Positions 13,787 through 27,932 are shown, counted from the stretch's first letter. The stretch: 64,000 nucleotides of DNA from Eledone cirrhosa (GCA_964016885.1 OZ024743.1:354082001-354146000), one strand, 5' to 3'. Program-made: numbers and translations. Notes: a model not told the origin generated them from the letters alone.

Positions 13787-14380
13787 ATGTGAATGACGTG
13801 GTTTACTATGCAGAACAACTGCTGTCGCGTATGGGACAAATCCAATTGACTGCCGAGTCCATAGTAAGGAATCAAACCGCCAGCCTCTTTCAAAAACGAA
13901 AGAGAGGCGGTTTTCCTCTGTACGGTGGCTATGGTGAAAGAAGTTATATGGTGGACGAGGTTGAGAGGACTGAGGACAGATGCCTTTCTCTCCGGACAAC
14001 AATTGATTCCCTTCTTTAAGTATCACTTTAGAAGGAGAATCAGAGTGGAGAGAGAGGCACTACACCCCAGTAAATTTACTGAAAGGTGGGTGAATGAAGC
14101 GAAAATGGCCCGAGTGATTGGGCCTTCTCTGTTTATAAGTCTGTAGGTTGAGGAAGAGAGCAAAAGAAAGAAAGGAGCACTTGCACAACACGCTCCTGGA
14201 GTTGAGGGTTGTTCTATCGACGGGGTATTAAACAACCCATTTGTGGCGCCTCCCCCCCTATTGGGGATTTCGATTGCTGTAATTGTTTGTTTTTATATTT
14301 TTTACACGACTGTATGTAAAATCCCCGGCATGTCTTTGTATTGTCCCCTTTTCTTGTGCGCCCTTCTGGCTAATAAAGAA
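13787..14380 (+). pseudogene. 3' end of L1/Tx1-clade LINE (ORF2 C-terminus and 3' UTR)
   Basis: VAMVKEVIWWTR..FFKYHFRRRIRVERE..F.ERW resembles Tx1 ORF2 tails; stop at 14146; ends taataaag. Confidence 0.6.
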
Positions 14381-14568
14381 ATATATCTATATAATACTAA
14401 CATTCTGTGATTGCTTGCTTGCCAAACGGGCGCATAATAGGAAAATATTTTGAAAGGAAGTTGCGCCTGAAATGCGAATACAAATGGAGTAAAACAAGTT
14501 TCGCGTAAATCGAAGCACAGGTTCCTGAGATATGGGGTTTTTCCGGGTACCTTAATCAACAAAGAGAA

Positions 14569-14661
<93 letters not shown>

Positions 14662-15797
14662 GGGAGAGAGAGAGAGAGAAATATGGAGAGAAAGAGATAA
14701 TGGTTGTGAGAGAATAGATTGAAAGAGAGACATAGAGAGAGGGAGAGGAAACAGAGAAGGAGAATGCAAGAGAGAGATAGAGAGATAGATATATATATAT
14801 AGAGAGAGACAGAGCTGGTGGTGTTGTTGTATATATATATATATGTGTGTGTGTCTATGACCAGTGTATATAGATCACAGACACCCACACATATATATAT
14901 ATACACATACACATACACACACACATATATATATATATGTATACACACATATTTATATATATACATACACACAAGTATATATATGGGCCTTCCAGTTTCA
15001 TTTCACATTATATTCATGTCTGTGTATATTTTGATTATTTAAAAATCCTTTTTAAGTGAACATGATTTACCAAAAATATTTTTAAGTGAACGTGACCCAA
15101 CGGGTCACAGGTGGTCTAGTGTCTTATATAATTCATATGGTATTATTGAGTTGGTCGTTAGAGCGCTTCCAGTTGTTCATTATGGCAGTCTTTTGAATTC
15201 TGGTACACTCGCTTTTGTTTTGGAAGTGGTCTATATCGACCTTACCACGCACACACATAACCAACCACATCCATAACCTTCCAAACGAAGCTGAAGATAT
15301 TTCAACCATGCCAAACAAATCAGTTGAAAAGAAGGATTACATTGATATGGTTGAGAGTAAAGTCATACTAAGTTTTTAAAAGTCCTTGAGATACGTTGAG
15401 AAGAGAATTCCATGAAACTAACCAATTGGACATTGAAACAGCTCAACACAATGATGAAGTAAAAGGATAATTCTTAAAAGATGCGGGCCATATACAAATG
15501 TCAAATCTTTACAAAAAGAGGGCATATATATCGGGCAGAGTAAATAACATTCGAAACACATGGGGATATCTTAAATAGGGGCTCACATGCAGAAAAGTTC
15601 CTATTTGCAGGTTAGAAAATTCCATCCTCATAAGACTAACACTCGACACAACGTGTACACGATATTTACGTCACACATCTATATATAAATTAAATATCAC
15701 CCATTAAACATCCTTAGCCCCATCTCTAGTCATCATGAAAGTTCTTTCAGATAGATCCCCACCGATTTCCTAATCTCTTTCAAATATATTTGACACA

Positions 15798-15799
<2 letters not shown>

Positions 15800-15829
<30 letters not shown>

Positions 15830-15977
15830 CTTCTTCTTCTTCTTCTTCTTCTTCTTCTTCTTCTTCTTCTTCTTCTTCTTCTTCTTCTTCTTCTTCTTCT
15901 TCTTCTTCTTCTTCTTCTTCTTCTTCTTCTTCTTCTTCTTCTTCTTCTTCTTCTTCTTCTTCTTCTTCTTCTTCTTC
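15800..15977. repeat. Perfect (CTT)n microsatellite
   Basis: Direct reading; poly-K/poly-S pseudo-ORFs. Confidence 0.98.
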
Positions 15978-16261
15978 CAGTCAGGTGGTTTCAGTGGTGA
16001 TGACGTTACCAAACCTGTTATAAGCTAAAATATTTCTTTACACGTTAACGAGCCTTTAGTATCAGGCGGCAGAGCCCATTTTAGAGAAAACCACATTGAC
16101 TAGCTTGTATTGTTATTTCCACGATTTGAGAGACTCCGAGATGTGACAAAAAGACAAAGTAAGAAACACAGAGAATCATTAGTTGATGCCAAATATACTC
16201 TGTCATACTGTATCAAGTGCATGTATGTGTGTTGTGTGTGTGCGTGTGTGTGTGAGTGTGT

Positions 16262-16336
<75 letters not shown>

Positions 16337-16470
16337 GTGTGTGTGCGTGTGTGTTATGTGTGTGTGAGTGTGTGTGTGTATGTATGTGAATTTCTATGTG
16401 TTTTCTATTTCCGAGTGTATTTGAAAATTCATTTTACCCATACTTATTATTTTACATAAACAAATAATTT

Positions 16471-19400
16471 GAACCAACCAACTAACCAGTGAACAAAACC
16501 AACTAACCAGTGAACCAACCAACTAACCAGTGAACCAACCAACTAACCAGTGAACCAACCAACTAACCAGATAACCAACCAACTAACCAGTGAACCAACC
16601 AACTAACCAGTGAACCAACCAACTAACCAGTGAACCAACCAACTAACCAGATAACCAACCAACTAACCAGTGAACCAACCAACTACCTAGCGAACCAACC
16701 AACTAACCAGCGAACCAAGCAACTAACCAGATAACCAACCAACTAACCAGTGAAGCAACCAACTAACCTGATAACCAACCAACTGACCGGCGAACCAACA
16801 GAATAACCAGCGAACGAACCAACCAACTAACTAGCGAACCAACCAACTAACCAGCGAACCAACCAACAGCCAAGATAACCAACCAACTAACCAGCGAACC
16901 AACCAACTAACCAGCGAACCAACCAGCTAACCAGTGAACCAACCAACTACCCAGATAACCAACCAACTACCCAGATAACCAACCAACTAACCAGCGAACC
17001 AACAAACTAACTAGCGACCCATCCAACTAACCAGCGAACCAACCAACTAACTAGCAAACAAACCAACTAACCAGCGAACCAACCAACTAACTAGCGAACA
17101 AACCAACTAACCAACTAACCAGCAAACCAACAAACAACCCAGATAACCAACCAACTAACCAGCGAAAAAACCAACTAACTAGCCAACTAACTAGCGAACC
17201 AACCAACTAACCAGCCAACTAACCAGCGAACCAACCAACAGCCTAGATAACCAAACAACTAACCAGCGAACCAACCAACTAACCAGCGAACAAACCAACT
17301 AACTAGCGAACCAACTAAGCAACTAACCAGCAAACCAACCAACAGCCCAGATAACCAACCAACTAACCAGCGAACCAACCAACTAACCAGCGAGCCAACC
17401 AACTAACTAGCGAACAAACCAACTAACCAGCGAACCAGATCAACTAACTAGCGAACCAACCAACTAACCAGTGAACCAACCAACTAACCAGCGAACCAAC
17501 CAACTAACCAGCGAACCAACCAACTAACCAGCGAACCAACCAACTAACCAGCGAAAAAACCAACTAACCAGCGAACCAACCAACTAACCAGTGAACCATC
17601 CAACTAACCAGTGAACCAACCAACTAACCAACGAACCAACCAACAGCCCAGATAACCAACCAACTAACCAGCGAACCAAACAACTAACCAGATAACCAAC
17701 CAACTAACCAGTGAACTAACCAACTAACCAGCGAACCAACCAACTAACCAGCCAAGCAACCAACTAACTAGCGAACCAACCAACTACCCAGATAACCAAC
17801 CAACTAAGTAGCGAACCAACCAAATAACCAGCGAACCAACCAACAGCCCAGATAACCAACCAACTAACCAGTGAACCAACCAACTTACCTGTGAACCAAC
17901 CAACTAACCAGCGAACCAACCAAGTAACCAGTGAACCAACCAACTAACGAGCGAACCAACCAACAGCGATAACCAACCAACTAACCAGCGAACCAAACAA
18001 CTAACCAGATAACAAACCAACTAACCAACTAACCAGCGAACCAACCAACTAACCAGCGAACCAACCAACTAACCAGTGAACCAACCAACTAACCAGAAAC
18101 CAACCAACTAACCAGTGAACCAACCAACTAACTAGCGAACCAACCAACTAACCAGTGAACCAACCAACTAACCAGTGAACCAACCAACTAACCAGCGAAC
18201 CAACCAACTAACCAGTGCCCAACCAACTAACCAGTGAACCAACCAACTAACCAGCGAACCAAACAACTAACCAGTGAACCAACCAACTAACCAGTGAACC
18301 AACCAACTAACCAGTGAACCAACCAACTAACCAGTGAACCAACCAACTAACCAGTGCCCAACCAACTAACCAGTGAACCAACCAACTAACCAGAAACCAA
18401 CCAACTAACTAGCGAACCAACCAACTAACCAGTGAACCAACCAAATAACTAGCGAACCAACCAACTAACCAGTGAACCAATCAACTAACCAGCGAACCTA
18501 CCAACTAACCAGCGAACCAACCAACTAACCAGATAACCAACCAACTAACCAGTGAAGCAACCAACTAACCTGATAACCAACCAACTGAACAGCGAACCAA
18601 CCGAATTACCAGCGAACGAACCAACCAACTAACTAGCGAACCAACCAACTAACCAGCGAACCAACCAACAGCCCAGATAAACAACCAACTAACCAGCGAA
18701 CCAACCAATTAACCAGCGAACCAACCAGCTAACCAGTGAACCAACCAACTACCCATATAACCAACCAACTACCCAGATAACCAACCAACTAACCAGCGAA
18801 CCAACCAACTAACTAGCGACCCATCCAACTAACCAGCGAACCAACCAACTAACTAGTGAACAAACCAACTAACCAGATAACCAACCAATTAACCAGCGAA
18901 CAACCCAACTAACCAGCGAACCAGCCAACTAACTAGCGAACCAAGCAAATAACCAGCAAACCAACCAACTAACCAGCGAACCAACCAACTAACCAGCGAA
19001 CCAACCAACTAACCAGCGAACCAACCAACTAACCAGCGAACCAACCAACTAACCTGATAACCAACCAACTAACCAGTGAACCAAACAACAACCCAGATAA
19101 CCAACCAACTAACCAGTGAACCAACCAACTAATCAGATAACCAACCAAACAACAACCCAGATAAACAACCAACTAACCAACTAACTAGCGAACCAACCAA
19201 CTAACCAGCGAACCAACCAACTAACCAGTGAACCAACCAACTAACCAGTGAACCATCCAACTAACCAGTGAACCAACCAACTAACCAGTGAACCAACCAG
19301 CTAACCAGTGAACAAACCAGCTAACCAGTGAACAAACAAACTAACCAGTGAACCAACCAACAACCCAGATAACCTACCAACTAACCAGTGACCCAGCCAA

Positions 19401-19702
19401 CTAGCCAGTGAACCATCCAACTAACCAGTGAACCAACCAACAACCCAGATAACCAACCAACTAACCAGTGAACCAACCAACTAACCAGTGAACCAACCAA
19501 CTAACCAGTGAACCATCCAACTAACCCGTGAACCAACCGACTAACCAGTGAATCAACCAACTACCCAGATAACCAACCAACTAACCAGTGAACCAACCAA
19601 CAACCCATATAACCAACCAACTAACCAGTGAACCAGCCAACCATACAGTGAACCAGCCAACTAACCAGCAAAACGAGCAATAACGCAGATAACCAACCAA
19701 CA
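16471..19702. repeat. ~3.2 kb minisatellite, 20-bp unit AACCAACCAACTAACCAG(T/C)G
   Basis: Direct reading; variant units such as ..CCAGAT and ..CTAGCG. Confidence 0.97.
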
Positions 19703-20135
19703 AATCACTCACAATTTAAACATACAAAAAGTCCCTCTTCCAAGACAGTAAAAACAGAAAAAATAAATAACTGTGATTGTATATGGAACCATTAGGCAGA
19801 CACTTCTATCAGTGATCTGATAAAGCAAGATTAACAAGTCATCAAAGGTGGTCAGAGGCTATCATAGGGATATATGCCTCTCTACGTAGCTATTTGTGTG
19901 TGAGTGTATGTATAGTTAGTCGTGTTTGAATGGTGGATTGTGTGCGACGGCCGACATTTTGTTTTTTTGTGTTGTCCTACATGTCAAACTTTATCTTCCT
20001 ATGTTATCGATGTATACACACACACACACACATAAACGCATACACCTCATGTAAATACATACGCAAACACACACACTCAGACACACACGCACACATATAT
20101 ATATATGTGTGTATGTATATATATGTATGTATATA

Positions 20136-20178
<43 letters not shown>

Positions 20179-20181
20179 ATA

Positions 20182-20330
<149 letters not shown>

Positions 20331-20388
20331 TTACACATACATAATAATATGATAATGCCAGGACTTGTTAAGCTTTCATTCACTCCCT

Positions 20389-20464
<76 letters not shown>

Positions 20465-20465
20465 G

Positions 20466-20511
<46 letters not shown>

Positions 20512-20871
20512 ATGTATCTGTTTATTTAATGTTTTTCTCTATAGGCACAAACATGAACACGCATTCTATACACACACACATATACACATGTATATATATA
20601 TACAAACCTTGGCATAAACATACATAACAACTACAGATGTTTTGATTTCCTTCTTTGTACAAGTTACATCTGTATCTGTTGTTCACCTATCAAACATTTC
20701 CCTTTAATACATCGTGTCTCTTGTCCATCAACGGCGATATTGAATTCATTGTATGAGTGTGCATGCATCTGAGCGTGGCCGTTTGAGTCCATGTGTCTAT
20801 GTGGATGTGGATGATGTCGTGAGATATTGGAAGTGTGTGTGTATATATGTATATATGTATGTATAAATGTA

Positions 20872-20925
<54 letters not shown>

Positions 20926-20929
<4 letters not shown>

Positions 20930-21120
20930 AAAGAGTAGGACCCCGACGGCTGAGCTCAAGCCGTTTCGACGGCTAATTCTGGACTAATTCTGGACAGAAT
21001 TAGCCGTCGAAACGGCTTGAGCTCAGCCGTCGGGGTCCTACTCGTTCCTATTACCCACTCTACTACCCTAAGTATTGAGTACTTTGGTGAGTTAAGGTTC
21101 CTTACCACATTTCCTTCGTT
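20926..21120 (+). mobile_element. PLE 3' terminus with fold-back 5' inversion and half hammerhead
   Basis: Arms 20926-20981 and 20995-21050; GAAACGGCT..AGCCGTC gggg at 21009-21035; flanked by (TA)n. Confidence 0.7.
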
Positions 21121-21493
21121 ATATATATATATATATTTGGAGAGAGAATGAGAGTGAGAGAGGTGACAGAGAAAGAGAAAGAGAGAGAGAGAGAGAGAAA
21201 GAAAGAGAGAGAGTGAGATAGGGAGAGAGAGAAAGAGAGAGAGTGAGATAGGGAGAGAGAGGGAGAGGAGAAAAAGAGGAGAGTGAGAGAGCCTGTGGTA
21301 CTGAAACGGAGGAGACCACTAATCAGGGGAGTACTCAATGCATATATATATAATTATAATTGGGTACGGTTATGTTGCTAGTATTGTCAATGAAAATCAC
21401 GTACTTTTATTGGCAATACTGCCAATATGGCCATTCCCAAATATAAGAATAACAGTTTCAACACACAATTTCACATCAAGAATCTTGCAAAAC

Positions 21494-21569
<76 letters not shown>

Positions 21570-21570
21570 G

Positions 21571-22057
21571 TGTAGTATGGTTGCTAGGATGCGTCCTTAG
21601 GCGCTATGCCGGTTGAGCACTCTATGCTCCTTCGGAGCAGAGTATAAGATGGAAAACGAAGAATCAGTGATGCATCGGAACACAAATTTTATTACGTATT
21701 ACAATTGTTTCTCTGTCGAACAGCTCGAGGTGCGATCTGTTTGTGGATCGAACCTGACTCTGGATTCGCAAGTTCCTCAGATACGTCAAGTGTTTTCGAA
21801 GCAAATTCTCTTTCTGCTGGACTCCGACCCTTCGAATTTTTATCATCTGCCATCATCCTGTTTGCGCGGCACTTCGATTGGTTGATAATTCGTGACGTCA
21901 TCATAGTGTTTGACCATTGAAATTTACCCCACTGGCCATCTCCATTCAGGCGTGAGCTATCACTCACCCCAATCCCGTCGCCAGAAATTACTGGTGTGTG
22001 TAGGAGAGCTTTTACGAATTCCCATGCCAATCCCTTGCTTGCCTGCCGTCCCATACA
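21571..22057 (-). mobile_element. Probable solo LTR
   Basis: Minus strand runs TGTATGG...CCATACTACA, with TGACGTCA (21893), CCAAT (21877), TATA-like gataaaaa (~21840) and AATAAA (21688) in LTR order. Confidence 0.5.
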
Positions 22058-22301
22058 TATATACCCACACGTGCTCACACCTATATACAGTCATTCCGAG
22101 CCATTAATCGTACACTTATCTGTGTGGACCTACACCGCCCACCCCCCACACACATAGAGCTTACGAGTTTGCGTTCACACATGTACATACATATATATTT
22201 ATTCATCTCTCATATATAGGTACATTCAAACGCAGACACATGCCCACACGTACACTTAAGTGACCCACGTATATACATATATCTATTCATACACAGTCAC
22301 A

Positions 22302-22346
<45 letters not shown>

Positions 22347-22393
22347 ACACCCACACCCACACCCACACACCCACACCCACACACACACACACC

Positions 22394-22427
<34 letters not shown>

Positions 22428-22460
22428 GAAGTGGTTACACAACAGGTTAGTTCACCATAC

Positions 22461-22498
22461 CGAGAACAATTGTTTCACCTTAGCGGATCCTCAGCTCG
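22461..22498 (-). ncRNA. Minimal type I hammerhead in PLE pLTR
   Basis: cgag-CTGAGGA-tcc gctaa ggt-GAAAC aatt GTT-ctcg. Confidence 0.8.
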
Positions 22499-22667
22499 TA
22501 ATGGACATGGTTATACGGAACAGGAAGGACAACCGTACGAACGCGCATGCGCAGAAACCGTCACTTCACACAGGCAATACTAAAAAGCGTGCGAGAGGTG
22601 TAAGGGAGATAACCGTGAAAGTCCTAAAAGTTTCTAGTTGATAAGAAACTTGGGGTGATTTTGTGAT

Positions 22668-24776
22668 TCAATCCGAAGCTTTGTAGTTATGTTAGTGGTG
22701 TTTCGAGACGTGCGGACAACGTGTGAAGAATTCATTTCTCGTGTTTAGGCAATCACTATTGCATAATCTCTTTAGAATATTTATTCGTTCATCAATACAT
22801 AGTCCACACGACGGATTTCCCCTTGCGTATGGCTTGGAATTAGTGATGGCTTTCCATTGAATGGAGTAGTCTATAATTGAGTCCTTGAGGGACCATACGT
22901 GGCTCGCGAGTTTCGTGGATGAACGTCTGTCCGGGTACCTAAAGGTCGACTTCTGGTTCAGAAAGCGTTCCTTAAATCGGCCCTCCGCCATACCTACATA
23001 GGATTTGACCTCCTGTGGTTGATTTGGTCTGTTGGAAGTGACCACAGCTTCATAAATTACAGCGGGTGTGTTGCATTGCTGTTGAAGGGGACAAGCTTCG
23101 GACTTACAGCAAGAGCACCCTGGTGGAGTGTTGCTCTTAGAGCTGTTGATGATGTGGGCCTTCATGTTCTAAGCGCAGGAGAGTCCTAGTTTTACTTTGT
23201 GTCGGTTAAAGATGGAGCGGTATTTATGACCTATGGGAAAGTGTCTATCTAAGAGGGCTAGACATTTTTTCCCTAGATTGGTATTAACGTTGAGTGAGAA
23301 GGGAGGAGATAATTAGATAGTTTGTCTATTGTTACGCTTTCTTTTCTTATTGCTGTTGCTGATAGTGGGACAGTAAGTGATAGGTTGCGAGAAGCCGCTG
23401 TTAGCTAACGCCGTGTTATAGTAGGGTGCCGCCCTGTCAAAGATAGCCTTATTAGAGGAGAGGTTTGAGATTCTAGTACTGATATTATTTACGAAGTTTC
23501 TAAAAACAGTGGGAGGGTGGCATGAGTCCTTGTGAATGTAATTGAGTTTTCCTTTAGCTTATGGAAGGGTCTGTAGGTGTGTGTGCGAAGGTCTAAATTA
23601 ATGTCTAATAAATCTACACTAGAGAGGTTGGTAGCTATTGTAATCCTAAGTCCTAACTCATTGACGGAAGAAGTTAAGTCTTTTTTAAACCGGTTGAGGT
23701 CGTGACCACTTTTATGGCTCGATAAGGTCAGTCCGTCGTCGCGGTATATTCCCGTGTGGAAGTCCGGGAATCTAACACGTAATATGTCTAAGATAAATAG
23801 GCCAACCAAGTCGCATACGTCAGCACTGTCAAACGGATCCCATGAAGACGTCGAATAGGTCTGAAGTTGTTGACTTCTTTGCCCAGGCTACTCCGTCGTT
23901 GAAGAGGAGGGTTTTCCGGCAGTGAGCGATGATTTCCCTGTCTAAACCATCGACGGTAGTGTAAGTGGTAGTGAAGTCCAACGCATTGTTTAACAGGGTC
24001 TCTGAGATCGACGGGTAAAAATCAACAATGTCAAACTGTGTGAACTTCGCTTTTTTGGATTTGAAGGAGTTGAACCACTTAATTACGGAGTTGCTGTTCG
24101 CCCACTGGGGCAGGTTGGACTTGGTCCTAATGGTCTTAACTATGTTTCTAAGTATGGCCTTACTGACTAGTCCCATACCTGTGCGTGCCGGATTTATTAG
24201 TCTACATGTGGGGTTAGAAGTAAAGTCTACCTTGTGATCTTTCAGGGTGAGGAACGCCTCCCGCTTAGCTAGAGATTGTAGCTTCTTATCTACCTTAAGG
24301 GCGGCGGCAAGTTCTTTGGCTTCTGTATTAATATCGTAGTAGGCCATAGGGTTAGCTTTCTTATATTTGGAAGTAATAGCGTTATGGGCCAGGTGGCAGA
24401 AAGTGGTGTTGTCGACTTCGGAAATATTATTAGTTTTGTCGGAAAGAACGAAACTGTTATTAGAAGATCTAAATTTCTTAATATCATTTCTGAGTTTATT
24501 TTGAAAGGTGTTAGGGTGTTTGCGAAAGGAAATGTTAGCGACTAAGTCAAGAAGGTCCGACTCGAAAGGAACAAGTTTAGTTACCTTAGGATGGTAGACT
24601 CTCGATTTCAGGTTGAAGGTGTTGTTTGTGCTTGGAAATTTGTCGTCAAAAGCTAGGGCTCGCTATCTTAAGCGTCTGACGACATCTTCTGCTTTTTGTA
24701 GGAGAATCTTTTGGTAAACATGGTTGGAGGGAGTGGGAATGTTCTTCAGGGAGTAATCCAGTTCGTATAAATCCAT
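22668..24776 (-). pseudogene. PLE polyprotein (RT plus C-terminal GIY-YIG endonuclease), frameshifted; possibly Hydra clade
   Basis: MDLYELDYSLKNIP start; RLINP, FDIVDFYPSI, MGS, IYRDDG RT motifs; CSC..CP..C, IYEA..YVG, R..N, CGLC, LN.R.E EN motifs; several stops and frameshifts. Confidence 0.92.
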
Positions 24777-25016
24777 ACTGACGTTGATGAGACACAAAAT
24801 TGTGTAGGACACGAGGATATAGAGAGCGCTGTCAGAGTAGTAAGCCAAACTGGCAGGTGGTGAAGAATCTGCTAAAAGCCAAACTTCTACGTAGTGAAGA
24901 GAATCTGCTGACTGTTGCTGGTAGAACACTGGAAGGTAATATCCGTAGTGGTAGAGCACTCAGTCCATGGGAGGAGTCAGGTAGAGGTGGTTACACAACA
25001 GGTTAGTTCACCATAC

Positions 25017-25054
25017 CGAGAACAATTGTTTCACCTTAGCGGATCCTCAGCTTG
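25017..25054 (-). ncRNA. Minimal type I hammerhead in upstream pLTR
   Basis: Same motif with one stem I mismatch. Confidence 0.7.
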
Positions 25055-25421
25055 TAATGGACATGGTTATACGGAACAGGAAGGACAACCGTACGAATGC
25101 GCATGCGCAGAAACCGTCACTTCACACAGGCAATAGTAAAAGCGTGCGAGAGGTGTAAGGGAGATAACTGCGAAAGTTCGAAATGTTTCTAGTTGATACG
25201 AAAATTGGGATGTTTTTGTGATTCAATCCGGAGCTATGTAGTTATGCAAGCGTAACAATAGACAAACTACCTGGTTCTCTCCTCCCTTCTCACTCAACGT
25301 TAAAACCAATGTAGGCAAAACATGTCTAGCCCTCTTAGATAGACACTTTCCCATAGGTCATAAATATCGCTCCATCTTTAACCGACACAAAGTAAAACTA
25401 AGATACTCCTGCGCTAAGAAC

Positions 25422-25919
25422 ATGATGGCCCACATCATCAACAGCCCTAAGAGCAACACCCCACCAGGGTGCTCTTGCCGTAAGTCCGAAGCTTGTCCCC
25501 TTCAACAGCAATGCAACACACCCGCTGTAATTTATGAAGCTGTGGTCACTTCCAAAAGACCAAATCAACCACAGGAGGTCAAATCCTATGTGGGTATGGC
25601 GGAGAGCCGATTTAAGGAACGCTTCCTGAACCACCAGTCGACCTTTAGGTACCCGGACAGACGTTCATCCACGAAACTCGCGAGCCACGTATGGTCCCCC
25701 AAGGACTCAAGTATAGACTACTCCATTCAATGGAAAGCCATCACTAAGTCCAAGCCATACGCAAGAGGAAATCCGTCGTGTGGACTATGTATTGATGAAC
25801 GAATAAATATTCTAAAGAGATTATACAATAGTGATTGCCTAAACGCGAGAAATGAATTCTTCACACGTTGTCCACACGTCTCGAAACACCACTTACATAA
25901 CTACAAAGCTCCGGATTGA
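25422..25919 (+). pseudogene. Inverted PLE GIY-YIG endonuclease fragment (open frame)
   Basis: Near-identical to ORF 22692-23165; no RT attached. Confidence 0.9.
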
Positions 25920-26088
25920 ATCACAAAAACATCCTAATTTTCTTATGAACTAGAAACATTTCGGACTTTCGCAGTTATCTCCCTTACACCTCTCGCACGC
26001 TTTTTTCTATTGCCTGTGTGGAGTGACGGTTTCTGCGCATGCGCGTTCATACGGTTGTCCTCTCTGTTGCGTATAACCATGTCTATTA

Positions 26089-26126
26089 CGAGCTGAGGAT
26101 CCGCTAAGGTGAAACAATTGTTCTCG
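26089..26126 (+). ncRNA. Minimal type I hammerhead in inverted pLTR
   Basis: cgag-CTGAGGA-tccgctaaggt-GAAACAATTGTT-ctcg; palindromic stem III. Confidence 0.8.
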
Positions 26127-26321
26127 GTATGGTGAACTAACTGTTGTGTAATCATTTCTACCTAACTCGTTCCATGGACTGAGTGCTCTACCACTACGGA
26201 TATTACCTTCCAGTGTTCTACCACTAAATATATATACACACACACACACATATTTTTACACACATGTGTACATACATACACACACACATATATGCTCACC
26301 CGTACTTACACACACACATAT

Positions 26322-26357
<36 letters not shown>

Positions 26358-26769
26358 GCACTCACACCCAGACAGACATACACACACGCACACGTACGCG
26401 CATATATGAAATTAAACTGTATAAAAATATTTAGAAAGTGCATATAAGCATGCACATGAAGCTGTACATCATTTAGTGCACATCGAAATATTAGGTGGGG
26501 AATTTCGTGAAAACTACAAAAAAGGTAGATGTGGTGTATACGCCAATGAATGCATGCAGCGTCTCACATAACGGTATATACGTATATGCAGACACACTTT
26601 GATGCACATGTTGACTGAGTTGGCATTATGGTGCTAACGTGAACTAATCCACATATAGAAACCTTAAACAAAATTACATATGGGAAGCTCATAGGTATAA
26701 TGTAAAGGGTATACCCAAAACATATATAAAAAATATATAAAAATATATAAGAAATACATAAAAAATACA

Positions 26770-27931
26770 CACACTACTTAAAAAATACATATAGGGAGTG
26801 CGGAAGAACAGCTTATAATGGAGTAGGTTACTGTGGCTGAAATAGAGTGCCTTGGTGATGTATGATACAGGATTGATTATACCCATGGAAATTGAGCCGC
26901 CGTGTCCAGGCTACTGCGACAGCGGTGTTTAAGATGAGGTGCAGAGTCAAATGGGCAACATTGTTTGTGTCGACCTAGCCCACAGGGCATACATAGTCCT
27001 CAAGGTATGGTCTCGGTTCCCATGGACCCACGCCGCCACCCTGACTGACGTGCGATTCCCCGTATGGCTTTAGTTGGGGCCATCCGGGGCTACCCATGCG
27101 GAGAATGTGCACCTTCGCTGATGTCTGCATGTCATGATGATCTCCGATTTCAGGTTGACTACGTGATCCTTTAATCTCACTATCTCCATGGGCTCGGAGA
27201 GGCACAGTCTGCACTTCCTTTCGCCAGCAGAATATGCACTGGCACATTGGACGATACTCCAGTTGAGATTGCACGGAGTGCCGGTGTCCTAGTGGAGTGT
27301 CTCTTGCCTCGGTCCTTGAAAGAGTTCGTGTGATTGTACATCCTCGATTTAAAGGTCGTGGATGCTGCGCCGATGTAGGTGCACTTGGTTTGGTGTTGTG
27401 CGTGTTAACCACACATTTATAGACGACGCCCTTCGTTAGGCATCTTCCCTACAGAGGGCATTGTGTGCCTACTTTGCAGTTGCAGGTTCGGTCGGTATGT
27501 TGCTCATTCCTTACGTTGGGTCCTAGCCTTATTACGGCATTCTCCCGATTCTCTGGATGTTGTTCTGCCGGGGCGTTGGGCTCCTTGCAGTCTTTAAGTG
27601 ACACCTGGTAGTCGAGTACTGCGTCTTCCGCGGGTATGTCGGCTACTGTGGAGACCGGGATATAGTTGTTAACCCTGCCTGCATGTGGTCCTCCCGGCCC
27701 CCCAAGATCGTCGGCGGCCTGCCGAAGTTGGCGGTCGAGGTTCCCCAACTTCACCGCATTGATTTTGGCCATATAGTCTGTCATGTTAGGTGCGGTGGAG
27801 AAGGAGAACTTCACTGTGTGGCGGTTAAATATGCTGTGGTACCTGTTCGATCGCGAGATATACATCACCCGTCCAACGGTCTGAAGAAGAGGCCTGGTAC
27901 ATTGATGCATACATGGTTCGAATACGGCGCG

Positions 27932-27932
<1 letters not shown>
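26770..27932 (-). pseudogene. Second PLE family of the same EN type, 5'-truncated
   Basis: [60 protein letters not shown] across frames. Confidence 0.85.

Larger units (their letters stand above)
22428..26224. mobile_element. Penelope-like element, composite: pLTR-ORF-pLTR (minus) plus inverted 3' fragment (plus)
   Basis: pLTR copies at 22428-22690, 24990-25248 and 25920-26224; plus-strand 25249-25919 mirrors 22668-23335; sits in TA/CA repeats. Confidence 0.93.

Noticed and set aside
15480-15545. AIYKCQI..YIGQS GIY-YIG-like peptide
   Set aside because: Needs a frameshift and lacks supporting flanking motifs
16471-19702. Regular repeats resembling a CRISPR array or telomere
   Set aside because: No unique spacers, eukaryotic context, and not canonical (TTAGGG)n
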